A stretch of 64,000 nucleotides of DNA, from assembly GCA_047947115.1 (NCBI GenBank), contig CP170459.1:3808001-3872000 (forward strand), read 5' to 3'. The notes below the pieces were generated by a model. That model was not told the origin of the DNA and ran no database searches. It was given only the letters and a program-made list of their open reading frames with translations. Position numbers and translations under genes: made by a program. The first letter of the stretch is position 1; the number at the start of each line of letters is the position of its first letter. Positions 9,185 to 18,525 of the stretch are shown here, piece by piece. The stretch comes from Verrucomicrobiota bacterium. Its GTDB lineage: Bacteria; Verrucomicrobiota; Verrucomicrobiia; Limisphaerales; AAA164-E04.

Positions 9185-10687
9185 CTACTGATTTTCCTTT
9201 GAAGCCACTCGCTGGAAGTCGAGTTTTTCAAAGGCGGATAGCTTCATGTCGATGGGACCATATATGTCGCTGCTACCATGAATCAAGTCCCCGCCGATAT
9301 CCTTAAGAAGAAACTGAAGGTTGCCCCCGCCTACCAGAGTGGCGTTGACTTCGCCCTTGCGAACCGGGCGGACGGTGTCCTGAATGCCCCCTATTTCAAT
9401 TTTCTCCACCTCCTCCAAGCCGATTGCCGTGATGGTTTCCCCCATCTTGAATTGAAGGCTATCGACGGATGCCTCAACGAGGTTCCCAACGAGTTTGTCC
9501 CCGTTGCGGAGTGTGAGCAAATCTTGAGTGGCCTGGGGGCGGTTGGCTGGGGGCGCTTCGAATCGTCCGTCCCATTCACGGATCTTGATGTTGCTGACGC
9601 GTAATGCGCCCTGGCCCTGGTGGACGAGTCGAATGCCTTTGCCCATTCCGGCAAATCCTCCCTGATCCACCCATCGTTTGACCATTTTGCCATTCACAAG
9701 AAGACTGATGCTGTTGTCTGCTTTGTTGGTGCGGACATCGATGTGGGCTTTTTCTGATTGGCGGAAAATGGGTGTTTGCGTCATGCCGAGGTACTGGAGT
9801 GGTTCCTTTTGTTTTACCATCAAAACGTTGACGGCATAGCTGGTCAGTTGAAGACTGTAAAAGCCTCCGAAATCCGGTTCGAGATCCTTGTCTGCGAGAC
9901 TGACTGGTTGGAGGTAATCCGTATAAAGCGCTACCGCCAGGTTGAGGGATCCTTTCCATTCCATGTCAAATTCCATGCGCATGCGGTCGGGCATGCCGAT
10001 GATGCGAGCGATGGAGGCTGCTTTCAGTGCGTAAAACGCACCATTGCGGTAGGCCCAGTCTCCGCCGTCCAGTTCCTTGGTCGTGACCTTGCCCATCGTC
10101 CATCCTTCCAGGCCTTTGGGACCTTCAAAGATGAACTGGGTATCCGAGTGCATGAATTCCGCCCATTGCCAGTGTTGGCGCGGGACTTTCAGGCGCCCGC
10201 TGAACGGAGTGTCTATGGTCAGGAATTCGGCGTCCAGTCCTACCCAATCTCCAGTATAATTGTCTCCGTTTGCGAGTTGCAGCCGCATGCGTTCCCTCGG
10301 GAGAGCGGTCCCTTTCGGGCGATCGCCGAGCACGATTTCATCCAGTGTTTCGGAATCAAATTCAAACGGTACGTCAATATCGGATCGGTTCCAGAAAGTT
10401 TTGCCGGGTTGTTGGAAGGTTTGAAGCATACCGGACAACTGATCGCCGTTCACCAGCAGAAGCATGTCCTTGGACAAGGGGGGCGTTGCCGGTTTCAATT
10501 CGGGAAGAGCCACCGTCGCCGGTTCGTTGGTCGTCGCTGTGGATGCAGACACGCCCTGGGCATCCGCTGCGGTTGTTTCCGCATCGGGGTTTACGACAAT
10601 GTCCTGTGCCCGCAACCTTCCGGTGAGGATGCAACAGAGACTAAGGGCGATGATCCATGTTCCAATATGTGTCCGCTGCTTGCTCAT
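9185..10687 (-). CDS. Exported hypothetical protein, paralog of 10641..12050
   Basis: Signal peptide from ATG 10687. Repeated L.NGD.L.G beta modules. Lies in the moxR operon. Confidence 0.75.
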   Translation of the reverse strand: MSKQRTHIGTWIIALSLCCILTGRLRAQDIVVNPDAETTAADAQGVSASTATTNEPATVALPELKPATPPLSKDMLLLVNGDQLSGMLQTFQQPGKTFWNRSDIDVPFEFDSETLDEIVLGDRPKGTALPRERMRLQLANGDNYTGDWVGLDAEFLTIDTPFSGRLKVPRQHWQWAEFMHSDTQFIFEGPKGLEGWTMGKVTTKELDGGDWAYRNGAFYALKAASIARIIGMPDRMRMEFDMEWKGSLNLAVALYTDYLQPVSLADKDLEPDFGGFYSLQLTSYAVNVLMVKQKEPLQYLGMTQTPIFRQSEKAHIDVRTNKADNSISLLVNGKMVKRWVDQGGFAGMGKGIRLVHQGQGALRVSNIKIREWDGRFEAPPANRPQATQDLLTLRNGDKLVGNLVEASVDSLQFKMGETITAIGLEEVEKIEIGGIQDTVRPVRKGEVNATLVGGGNLQFLLKDIGGDLIHGSSDIYGPIDMKLSAFEKLDFQRVASKENQ

Positions 10688-12050
10688 ACTGTTGCGATTG
10701 AAGTTTGAGGTTGAACTCGATCTGCCGAATGGCTCCGCTCTTGAACTGAAGATCCCCAAAGTGCTGGCTTTCTCCGATTAAAAGATCGTCATTCCAAGAA
10801 ACGAGATTAAAAGACAGGCTGCCGCCACCCGCAAAATGAGCGCGAATTGCCCGGGGGTTGCCGGGAATGGCGTCCTCTGTGGCCGGTTCGTTGTTGAACT
10901 GGATTTGTTTGATACGTTCCATGGGAATGCGGATATCCCGTTCTTTGCGCAGCTTGAAATGTACTTTTCTATCCTGAATTTCCACCACATCCCCCTTGGG
11001 CTTGTCATGATTGATCAGGTAGAGCACGTCACTTTCCGGGGCTTGGTCCAAGTCCAAATCCGATTCATCCGTACCGTCCCACTCCGTGACCAGCATGTTG
11101 CTCAGGGAAAACGAGGAGGCGCTGAGTTGTGATGCGAGTGAAATGCCCCGGCCCTCGGCGACAAACCCCCGGTTGTCACGGAACGTTGCCGCCAGTATGT
11201 CGTCGATGTAGACGGCAAATTTGGCCGTTTCCCGATGAGCCCGAATGCTGAATCGTGCCTGATTGCGGCCGGAAAGGTTCTCGATGCGCGTTTGTCCCAA
11301 TGTCAGGACGCCGGTGCCTGGTTGAACACGTTGGAACGATACAAATTGCGGGCTTAAAAAGAAAATGTAGGAGCCTTGTCGGTAATCAAATCGATTGAAG
11401 GTATCGGTAAACAACGTTACGCTCAGCTGGTAGGGTTGATCCCATTCCAGGTCAAAGGACAGGTTGCAGGAATCGGTCAAATCGAAATTGCGTCCCAGAA
11501 CACCCCGGTTGACGATGCGCAACTGACCGTCGGCATAGGCCCAGCCGTTTTGCCCCTGACCCATTTCCCATTCACTGATGTCATTCGGGCCTTCATACAG
11601 AACCTTGTATCCGCTCATGAGAAACGCGATGCGTTTCAACGCGGAACGATCGGTTACCAGTCGACCGCCAAACCAGGTCGTCAAGGCAACCCTTTCCTGA
11701 CCGAGGAAATCCAGATTGCCGTAGATCAAGTCTCCATTGGTAAATTCAATCCGGCATTCCGGCTGTATCAGATTCTGAACGCTGGTGCGGGGGTTCAGTC
11801 GCAACCGTGAAAGATGATCCAATTGAAAGCGTACCGAATTGCTGGAAAGGGGATGCTTCCATTGCAATCCATCCGATTCGGACAACCCCTTCAGCTCGCC
11901 GTGCAGATCGGATCCGTCTGTCAGTTCAAGGATTTGATCGGTTGAGGAAGATTGCCCTTGTGTGTTGATTCCGGAAGCAACCAGGATTGCGATGACCAAC
12001 AGGCATCGTGTGAATAAAGCGAATGATCTGGTCAAGACATCAACGTTCAT
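10641..12050 (-). CDS. Exported hypothetical protein, paralog of 9185..10687
   Basis: 469-aa ORF with signal peptide and L.DG/NGD modules. Overlaps both neighbours. Confidence 0.75.
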   Translation of the reverse strand: MNVDVLTRSFALFTRCLLVIAILVASGINTQGQSSSTDQILELTDGSDLHGELKGLSESDGLQWKHPLSSNSVRFQLDHLSRLRLNPRTSVQNLIQPECRIEFTNGDLIYGNLDFLGQERVALTTWFGGRLVTDRSALKRIAFLMSGYKVLYEGPNDISEWEMGQGQNGWAYADGQLRIVNRGVLGRNFDLTDSCNLSFDLEWDQPYQLSVTLFTDTFNRFDYRQGSYIFFLSPQFVSFQRVQPGTGVLTLGQTRIENLSGRNQARFSIRAHRETAKFAVYIDDILAATFRDNRGFVAEGRGISLASQLSASSFSLSNMLVTEWDGTDESDLDLDQAPESDVLYLINHDKPKGDVVEIQDRKVHFKLRKERDIRIPMERIKQIQFNNEPATEDAIPGNPRAIRAHFAGGGSLSFNLVSWNDDLLIGESQHFGDLQFKSGAIRQIEFNLKLQSQQYEQAADTYWNMDHRP

Positions 12051-13050
12051 AGATGGGGAGAAATCGATAGTTCAATGCCAGTGACAATAGGGAAGCGGAC
12101 GTGCTGAAGGTGGAGCCGAATTGACCATCCCAACTTCCGTTCGAGTTTTGAGCCTGTTTCAGCTCGGTGATGTTTTCCCTGTTCCACGCGTTCCAGTCTT
12201 CCGGAGAGGCGTGGAAGAAGGCCTGCGATCCGTAATAAAGGAAGTAATGATAATAGCTCGATGATTTGTTGGATCGTTTGAGAAAAGTGAAGGCGGATTG
12301 AAACGCCGCGGTTTCCTTGCGCTTGGCCAGCGCCAGCACCAGGCAGCCGATGGCTGTTCGGGGGCCGTTGGGGCCGGACGCAGATGTATAGCCGAAACCT
12401 CCGTCGGTCGATTGACAAGTCAAAAAGAATTCCAGGCCCTTCTCAATCGCTTCCTGAGGGACGGACAATCCAGCGTTGCGCGCGGCGAACAAGGCGACCA
12501 TTTGCGCCCCACTGACGGTGGTGTCCGCATCCTTGCTTTCAGGGGAATAACGCCAGGCATTCTTTGGATTGTTGGACTGGCTCGTGAGAATCAGGTTGAT
12601 GGCCAGTTCCAGAGCCGGTCCGATGCGCTCGTCAATAACGGATCCGTAGGCTTCCGCCAAAGCGAGCGTGGCGAATCCGTGGTTGTACATGGTCCTGCCA
12701 ATGTAGCCGGTTCGGGGGTTTTGTTCGGACAGGATGAAGTCCAGAGCCCGGCTGACGGTCAGGGCGTAAGGTCCATGATTGGGATCGTCCCCGTGTGCCA
12801 GAATACTGACCATTGTCAATCCGACCACGCCGGGCTCCATGCCGTAGGGCCGGTCGTCCCAATTACCTCGTTCCGTTTGGGTGGAGGAGAGGTATTGGAG
12901 ACCCTTAACATAAATACGGTCGACTTCCGTTGCCGCCAGATCAATCTGATCGGTGAACAACTGTTGTGCCTGTAATGGAACCGCGACAAGCGGAGCGAAC
13001 AACAAAGTGCGCAACAGGATGAGCAGAATCTGGACGCGATCAGGCATCAT
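12040..13050 (-). CDS. Prenyltransferase/squalene-oxidase-repeat (QW-repeat) protein
   Basis: Repeats Q..RGNW, Q..DGGFGY and QNSNGSW. MYNHGFATLALAEAYG and DTTVSGAQMVAL motifs. Signal peptide. Confidence 0.85.
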   Translation of the reverse strand: MMPDRVQILLILLRTLLFAPLVAVPLQAQQLFTDQIDLAATEVDRIYVKGLQYLSSTQTERGNWDDRPYGMEPGVVGLTMVSILAHGDDPNHGPYALTVSRALDFILSEQNPRTGYIGRTMYNHGFATLALAEAYGSVIDERIGPALELAINLILTSQSNNPKNAWRYSPESKDADTTVSGAQMVALFAARNAGLSVPQEAIEKGLEFFLTCQSTDGGFGYTSASGPNGPRTAIGCLVLALAKRKETAAFQSAFTFLKRSNKSSSYYHYFLYYGSQAFFHASPEDWNAWNRENITELKQAQNSNGSWDGQFGSTFSTSASLLSLALNYRFLPIYER

Positions 13051-16000
13051 GGGTTGTCTCCATTCTCATTGGCTGAATTGGCTGTTGCAGGTGGTGTGAG
13101 CTGTTCCAGTTTCTGGAAGTAGGCCTCAAAAGAACTGCGAAATTCAACGGGCAGATTTGCCGCCTGACCGCTTCCCCGCGAAACACGGCGTGATTCACCT
13201 TCGTCGCCATCGTCCTTGCCTCCCTGATTGGAGGATTCCTGCTGGGTATCGCCACCTGCGGTGCTGCCCCCGCCGGTCTGACTGTTGGCCTGTTCGCCCA
13301 TTCCCTGACTGGCCATCATCATCTGCATCATGAAGGACATGGCCTGGTTGGCACTGGATGAACTGCTGCCCTGTTGGGCCTGTTCGTTCAGGATGTTGAT
13401 CAGATCGGTCAGAGCGTGAATGGAATCTGTCTCTGGTTTGACCGCTCGATCATCCGTCTGTCCGCGCGCCAGAGCGTCGGCCGCGTTGGCCATGTGGGAA
13501 TGAACTTCCTCAAAAATGGGATCCAGAAAAGGCATGGGCAATTCGGCTCGGACATCCAGCACCTTATCCTGCATCTCACTCTGTTGCCGACTGAGTTCCT
13601 TTGCTTTTTCGAGAGTGACTTCGGGAGGAGCGGACTGCTGTCGTTGCAGTAGTTTCGTCTGCATGCGCAGATTCAGTTCACTTTCACGGGTTCGCAACAA
13701 GGCCATCAATTGTTCAGTGAAATCCTGCTGTTCACCTTCGCCGCCGCCTTCACCGCCGCCACCACCTTCGGAATCCTGTTCCGGTTCCAGATGCTTGGCC
13801 CAATCTTCAAACTGCTTCGCCCAGACAGCAACCTGATCGGCGGCTTCCATGGTGATGTTTTTCATGATCAGTTCGCGGGACGAAACCAGGCCTTCTTCGG
13901 TCTGTTTTTCTTTCATGTCCTCGCTGACTTCGCCGTAAGGCTCCTTTTGGGTGCGTTCGTAAAAACGGCCTATTTCTTCCTGAATTTCCTTGGATTGCGT
14001 GGCGGTCTCGTTCTGGGTTTCGCCCAGTTTGTCGTGGAGAGCCCGCCAGCGAGGCGCCAATTCATCCGGGAACAGGCCGATGGTATCCTCGGCCCCTTCC
14101 ATCAGGGTAGCCTCCAGTTCGGTTTCGGTACGACTCAAGGACCTCAGGCGTTGGGCCAGAGTCAAAGCCTGCAATTGATCAAGGTCCTCGTTCACCATGG
14201 CCTGGAGTTCCTCCAGTCTTTCCATGATTTCCTGTTCGGTTTGCTGGGCCTCCTGCATGGCTTGTTGGGCATTTTGGGATGCCGAACTTTGGGAGGATTG
14301 AGGGCTTTGAGATGATTGAGAACTTTGCGGACTCTCTGAAGCTTGGGACGCCTGTGCGGCCTCGTTCAATGATTGTGCGGCCTGTTGCATCTTGTCATTG
14401 GCCAACTGTTGCATCTCGCTCAGAGTCTCCGACCATTCCGACATGACTTCGTCGGTGAACGCCGGATTACGCATGCCTTCTCGCAGGGTTTCCATGCCTT
14501 TGCGGGCGAGTTCAGCCAACTGGGCGGCATTCAGTTTCTGGTCGGTTGCCTGATCTTCCAAACGTGCTGCCAAGTCTTCAGGGGACAGGTTTTTCATGTC
14601 CTCCAGGGCTTCCGCTGTTGCTCCGGCAATGGATTGTTCCAGGCGGGATACATCTTCAAGCTGGGTCAGGAGCGCTTCGAGTTCCTGTCGCACCCGTTCG
14701 GCGTGTTCGACCGAGCTGACAATGTGGATGCGGTAAATCGGAGTTTCGGTCGGTGTTCGTCCGGGAAAGAAATCAGTGACGAAACCGGTTAATTCCACCA
14801 CATCCCCGGGTTCCACGTTGTAAAGGTTCGGGCTGAAATAAAAGGAAACCTTGAGCTCTTGTTGGGATGGGTTCAGGGCTCCATCCCTGAAATCGAACTT
14901 CAGGGTGTCTTCCGAGGGCTGGATGCCGTTCATCGTTCCCCAGTTGATGCCGAACTCATTCACACCGAAATCGTCGCGCACCTCGGTTTTGAGCTCCAGG
15001 GCTTCTGTTTCCAGAATGGCTATTTCCCTCGCCATTTCCGGGAATTGAAACGATGGCGCCTGATCTTCACGCTGGCGGATGGTCAGGTTCCATGGTTGCG
15101 CGTTGGTGAATCCATATCGGTCTTTCCAACCCAGATCCGCATGGTAAATGTTGGTGGTTTCCATCCAGTCCGTGGAGAAATTCTCATCTTCAATGTTCAC
15201 CTGAGCCAGTTCCAGACTGCCCCACAGGAGGTTTACAGATTGCAGTTCACGGTTGATGGTTCCTTTCAATTGGACTTTGGAACCTTTCAAAAGATCCAGA
15301 CCTCCCGAGGTGACGTCGGAAGTTTCGTCTTCGTGTTTGAGGTAGTCCGGCATCCGGATCGTTGCCTGTAGCGACGCCAGGGTGGGGCGTTGCATAGGGG
15401 TCACATTGGATCGGGCGGATCCGTCCCCGACCGTGACCTGCATGGCTGTTTCCTTGAATTGGCCGGGTATTTCCAGTCGAATCTGATTGTTTTCCACCTT
15501 GCCGGTCACCTGATAACCCGACTCCAGATGAACCGTGACTTGATCGGGTTTCCAGAAGGAGAGGTAATTGACCTTGGCCTCCATCCAGAAAGGTTCGCCC
15601 CGGATGGTAAGGTGTTCTTGTTTCAAAGGCTCCACCGTGACCAGTGTGTATCGTGTGATATCTCCGCCCGGGTTGATCCAGCGGCTGAGGGCATTGGAAA
15701 AAGCGCCCGGCAGAAGGACAATCAGGATCAGGGAAACGACCGCCAGCAGGATGGAAGTGAAGCCCAATCTGCGCAGCCACGTGCTGGAAACAGCCAGCGT
15801 GAAATCGCAATTTTTGGCATCCGCGTCCACTTGCCGTACGGCGGCCTCGTAGAGTTCTTCTGAATAATTGGTTTCGTCGGAAGTATCTTCGGTCAGTTCC
15901 ACGATACCCAGCAAACGGTCACCCAGGATCCGATACCGACGTTGCACCAACCGTGAGTAGTCACGCAAATGACGCTCCGCAATCATCCAGCGCCATCCCC

Positions 16001-16253
16001 ACCAACCGACGGCAAGACCCATGATGGTCAAAGCGCCCAACAGCAGCACCCCTCGCACCATGCTCGGAGTGTCCTGCATTCGGTCCAGGGCGAACACGCA
16101 GAGAAAGGAGGACAAGCAGGCAAACACGCACCAGACACCGCACAGAGCCAGCTCGGCGCGCCAGAGCTTTGCCTTCAAGTCGGCAAATTGCCTCTGCAGG
16201 CGCTCCGGCAAATGATGCGGTTCGATGGGTTGATTGTTGTTCACTTTCTGCAT
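13047..16253 (-). CDS. Membrane-anchored long coiled-coil protein (DUF4175-like)
   Basis: Three N-terminal TM segments, Ig-like middle with D.AP and DDFGV motifs, Q/E-rich coiled coil, C-terminal LP.EFR...EAYF. Confidence 0.75.
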   Translation of the reverse strand: MQKVNNNQPIEPHHLPERLQRQFADLKAKLWRAELALCGVWCVFACLSSFLCVFALDRMQDTPSMVRGVLLLGALTIMGLAVGWWGWRWMIAERHLRDYSRLVQRRYRILGDRLLGIVELTEDTSDETNYSEELYEAAVRQVDADAKNCDFTLAVSSTWLRRLGFTSILLAVVSLILIVLLPGAFSNALSRWINPGGDITRYTLVTVEPLKQEHLTIRGEPFWMEAKVNYLSFWKPDQVTVHLESGYQVTGKVENNQIRLEIPGQFKETAMQVTVGDGSARSNVTPMQRPTLASLQATIRMPDYLKHEDETSDVTSGGLDLLKGSKVQLKGTINRELQSVNLLWGSLELAQVNIEDENFSTDWMETTNIYHADLGWKDRYGFTNAQPWNLTIRQREDQAPSFQFPEMAREIAILETEALELKTEVRDDFGVNEFGINWGTMNGIQPSEDTLKFDFRDGALNPSQQELKVSFYFSPNLYNVEPGDVVELTGFVTDFFPGRTPTETPIYRIHIVSSVEHAERVRQELEALLTQLEDVSRLEQSIAGATAEALEDMKNLSPEDLAARLEDQATDQKLNAAQLAELARKGMETLREGMRNPAFTDEVMSEWSETLSEMQQLANDKMQQAAQSLNEAAQASQASESPQSSQSSQSPQSSQSSASQNAQQAMQEAQQTEQEIMERLEELQAMVNEDLDQLQALTLAQRLRSLSRTETELEATLMEGAEDTIGLFPDELAPRWRALHDKLGETQNETATQSKEIQEEIGRFYERTQKEPYGEVSEDMKEKQTEEGLVSSRELIMKNITMEAADQVAVWAKQFEDWAKHLEPEQDSEGGGGGEGGGEGEQQDFTEQLMALLRTRESELNLRMQTKLLQRQQSAPPEVTLEKAKELSRQQSEMQDKVLDVRAELPMPFLDPIFEEVHSHMANAADALARGQTDDRAVKPETDSIHALTDLINILNEQAQQGSSSSSANQAMSFMMQMMMASQGMGEQANSQTGGGSTAGGDTQQESSNQGGKDDGDEGESRRVSRGSGQAANLPVEFRSSFEAYFQKLEQLTPPATANSANENGDNP

Positions 16254-16323
16254 ACTGCTTCAGCTGTTCCGGTTCGTCAAATACGCTTCCCCCGGTTTTG
16301 ATTTGATTTCATCGATTCTCGAA

Positions 16324-18525
16324 TCATACCAGACCAAAATACTTCCTTCCGATCCAATAAATGGACATGAGCCCCAGCATCAAACCACCCCATGCCGGGT
16401 GCGACCAGAGTCGAAACCGGATTTCGATGGGTTTGGGTTCGGGGAGCACCGAGATCTGTTCGATCAGGGATTTCAAACCCGATGTGTCCACCTTTTTACC
16501 TCTTGAAACCCTTGTCAATTCTTCCAGAACATCTCCGCGGGCGGGTTGCCCGATTTTTTCCACGACCGGACGCAACACTTCCAGGCGGGTTTCCAATTTC
16601 CGGTCCTCGTCCGGGGCTTGGATGTTCATGACGTGGATGCCGGATTCGCGCGTTTCCATGGTGGCGTGAAAGACACCCCAACCACCTTCCTCCGCTTCCA
16701 TTTGAAAAGTCTCCTTGCGCCCGCTGGGGTGGGTGACGGATGCAGTGACTTTTCCTTCCTGAAGTGGGTAACCGCTCCGATCCATGATGCTGGCGCTGAG
16801 ATAAACCGTTTGTCCCATTTCAGGTTTCTCCGGGGTGTAAGTCAGGCGGATGCCTTCGTCTTCCGAGATGTGCCTTTGATGTGCCATCCAGCGCACCACC
16901 TGACTCCAGAACCGATAGTGGTAGAGATCTTCCACTCCCCGACGCCATCGCCAGGCGCTGTCCGTTCCCATGAACAGAACCTTTCCATTACCAAAAGGCC
17001 GGATGGCCAGTAGCGGGATGCGCCCCCAGTTGTTTCGGATGGAATCATGCACGGCGAGGATTTCGGAACCGGGCCTGCCTTTTTCAACCGCCGTCGACCA
17101 GTAAAAGCCCGGCAACTGACGCCAGAGTTCCGTGTTTCGATCAGATGAAATATCAAAGCGTGTCAGCCAGTGACCTGCGCCCAGTCGGGTCAAGGCCAGT
17201 TGTGATTCATTCTGGAGCCCGATGCCTTCTGGGCGTTCCAGGTCGAACTGCACCGGAATCATCTCCTCAATTGCCGATCCCAACCAAGTCGTATGACGCC
17301 CGCGTCGACCGGGCATCAGCACAAGTCCGCCCGCTTGTTGCTCGACGAGCCCGCGAATCAGTTCGGCATCTTCCGGTGTCAATCCGCTTTCTCCAATGCC
17401 GACATCGCCAAGAAAAACCACGTCGTATGGCGCGATCAAATCCTTGCTGTCGGGGAACTGACTCAAATAATGACTGCCGCCTCCCATGCCGCCTTGGGGG
17501 TGAAACAACAGACAGGACATGTCGACGCCAGGATCACGTTCCAGCGCGTTGCGAAGATAGCGGTATTCCCATCGCGGATAAGAATCGATGACGAGCACCT
17601 TGAGGGTTTCCATACGGACATTGATGGTGAACTCTGCTTCGTTGTTATCGGGCAACGCTTCTCCAACCTGAACCGGAAGTGAGAGCGTCAACGAGCGTTC
17701 CCCGATTTTCTGCGGTGACCAGACAAGAGTTTCCTGCAAATCGGTGGATGCCGGCAGTGTGATTTCCTTTTCTGCCACGACTTCGCCTTCGTCGCTCAAA
17801 GTCGCAATGAAGGTGAAATCTTTCTGCATGCGGTTGTGCGCATGGAAAGGGATGGAAATTTGTTCGCCCATCAAACCGTAGGCGGGAGCGCTCACGGTCG
17901 ATAATTCAATGTCCGGCAGGGGAGTTTCACGGCCGACCTGTACGGCGAAGACCGGAACGGAGTGATTGCGGTATTGGGCTCCAGCCAGGGCGGGGGAATC
18001 ACCGAGATTCCAATCCCCGTCTGAGAGCAACAGGACGGCCTTTAGGTTGGATTCCCGTTGCAAGACGGATTCCAGAGCACGATTGATGTCGGTGCCTTCG
18101 ACCTCGATGTCTGCTGTTTCCTCTTTACCTTCGGCAGGTGGTTGGGCAAAGGCGTCGACCAGAAGTCGTGAAGTGGATTCCAGTGGTTTGAGCAGATCGG
18201 ATGCCAGTTGTTCGCTGACCCATTCGGAACGTGAAATGACCTGGTTTGTGTGGATGACATCGCGGGTGGTCATACTGCCGGAAACATCGTTCAGCACTAC
18301 GACCGCCGGTTCTTCGGCCCATTCCACCACTTGAATCCGTTCCGGCCGCAAGAGCGTGAGCAGTAGCAGCAAAATGATCAACACGCGAAAAATCTCCAGT
18401 CCCAGGATCTGTCGGGATTTCATGTTCGCCAGACAAATCCTCCAGGAAAACCAAAGGGCGAGCCCTCCCATGACAAGGGCCATCAGAATCAGCAGCGGTG
18501 AACTTGCAAAGGTCCAATGACTCAT
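16324..18525 (-). CDS. vWA + glutamine-amidotransferase-like membrane protein
   Basis: DVSGSM (MIDAS), LLSDG, PRWEYRYLRNAL and AWRWR motifs. Start ATG 18525 overlaps the upstream stop (ATGA). Confidence 0.8.
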   Translation of the reverse strand: MSHWTFASSPLLILMALVMGGLALWFSWRICLANMKSRQILGLEIFRVLIILLLLLTLLRPERIQVVEWAEEPAVVVLNDVSGSMTTRDVIHTNQVISRSEWVSEQLASDLLKPLESTSRLLVDAFAQPPAEGKEETADIEVEGTDINRALESVLQRESNLKAVLLLSDGDWNLGDSPALAGAQYRNHSVPVFAVQVGRETPLPDIELSTVSAPAYGLMGEQISIPFHAHNRMQKDFTFIATLSDEGEVVAEKEITLPASTDLQETLVWSPQKIGERSLTLSLPVQVGEALPDNNEAEFTINVRMETLKVLVIDSYPRWEYRYLRNALERDPGVDMSCLLFHPQGGMGGGSHYLSQFPDSKDLIAPYDVVFLGDVGIGESGLTPEDAELIRGLVEQQAGGLVLMPGRRGRHTTWLGSAIEEMIPVQFDLERPEGIGLQNESQLALTRLGAGHWLTRFDISSDRNTELWRQLPGFYWSTAVEKGRPGSEILAVHDSIRNNWGRIPLLAIRPFGNGKVLFMGTDSAWRWRRGVEDLYHYRFWSQVVRWMAHQRHISEDEGIRLTYTPEKPEMGQTVYLSASIMDRSGYPLQEGKVTASVTHPSGRKETFQMEAEEGGWGVFHATMETRESGIHVMNIQAPDEDRKLETRLEVLRPVVEKIGQPARGDVLEELTRVSRGKKVDTSGLKSLIEQISVLPEPKPIEIRFRLWSHPAWGGLMLGLMSIYWIGRKYFGLV

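Noticed and set aside
13190..14360. Q/S/G-rich low-complexity stretches in the 1068-aa protein
   Set aside because: Ordinary disordered linkers for this protein type, with no exact DNA-level repeat.
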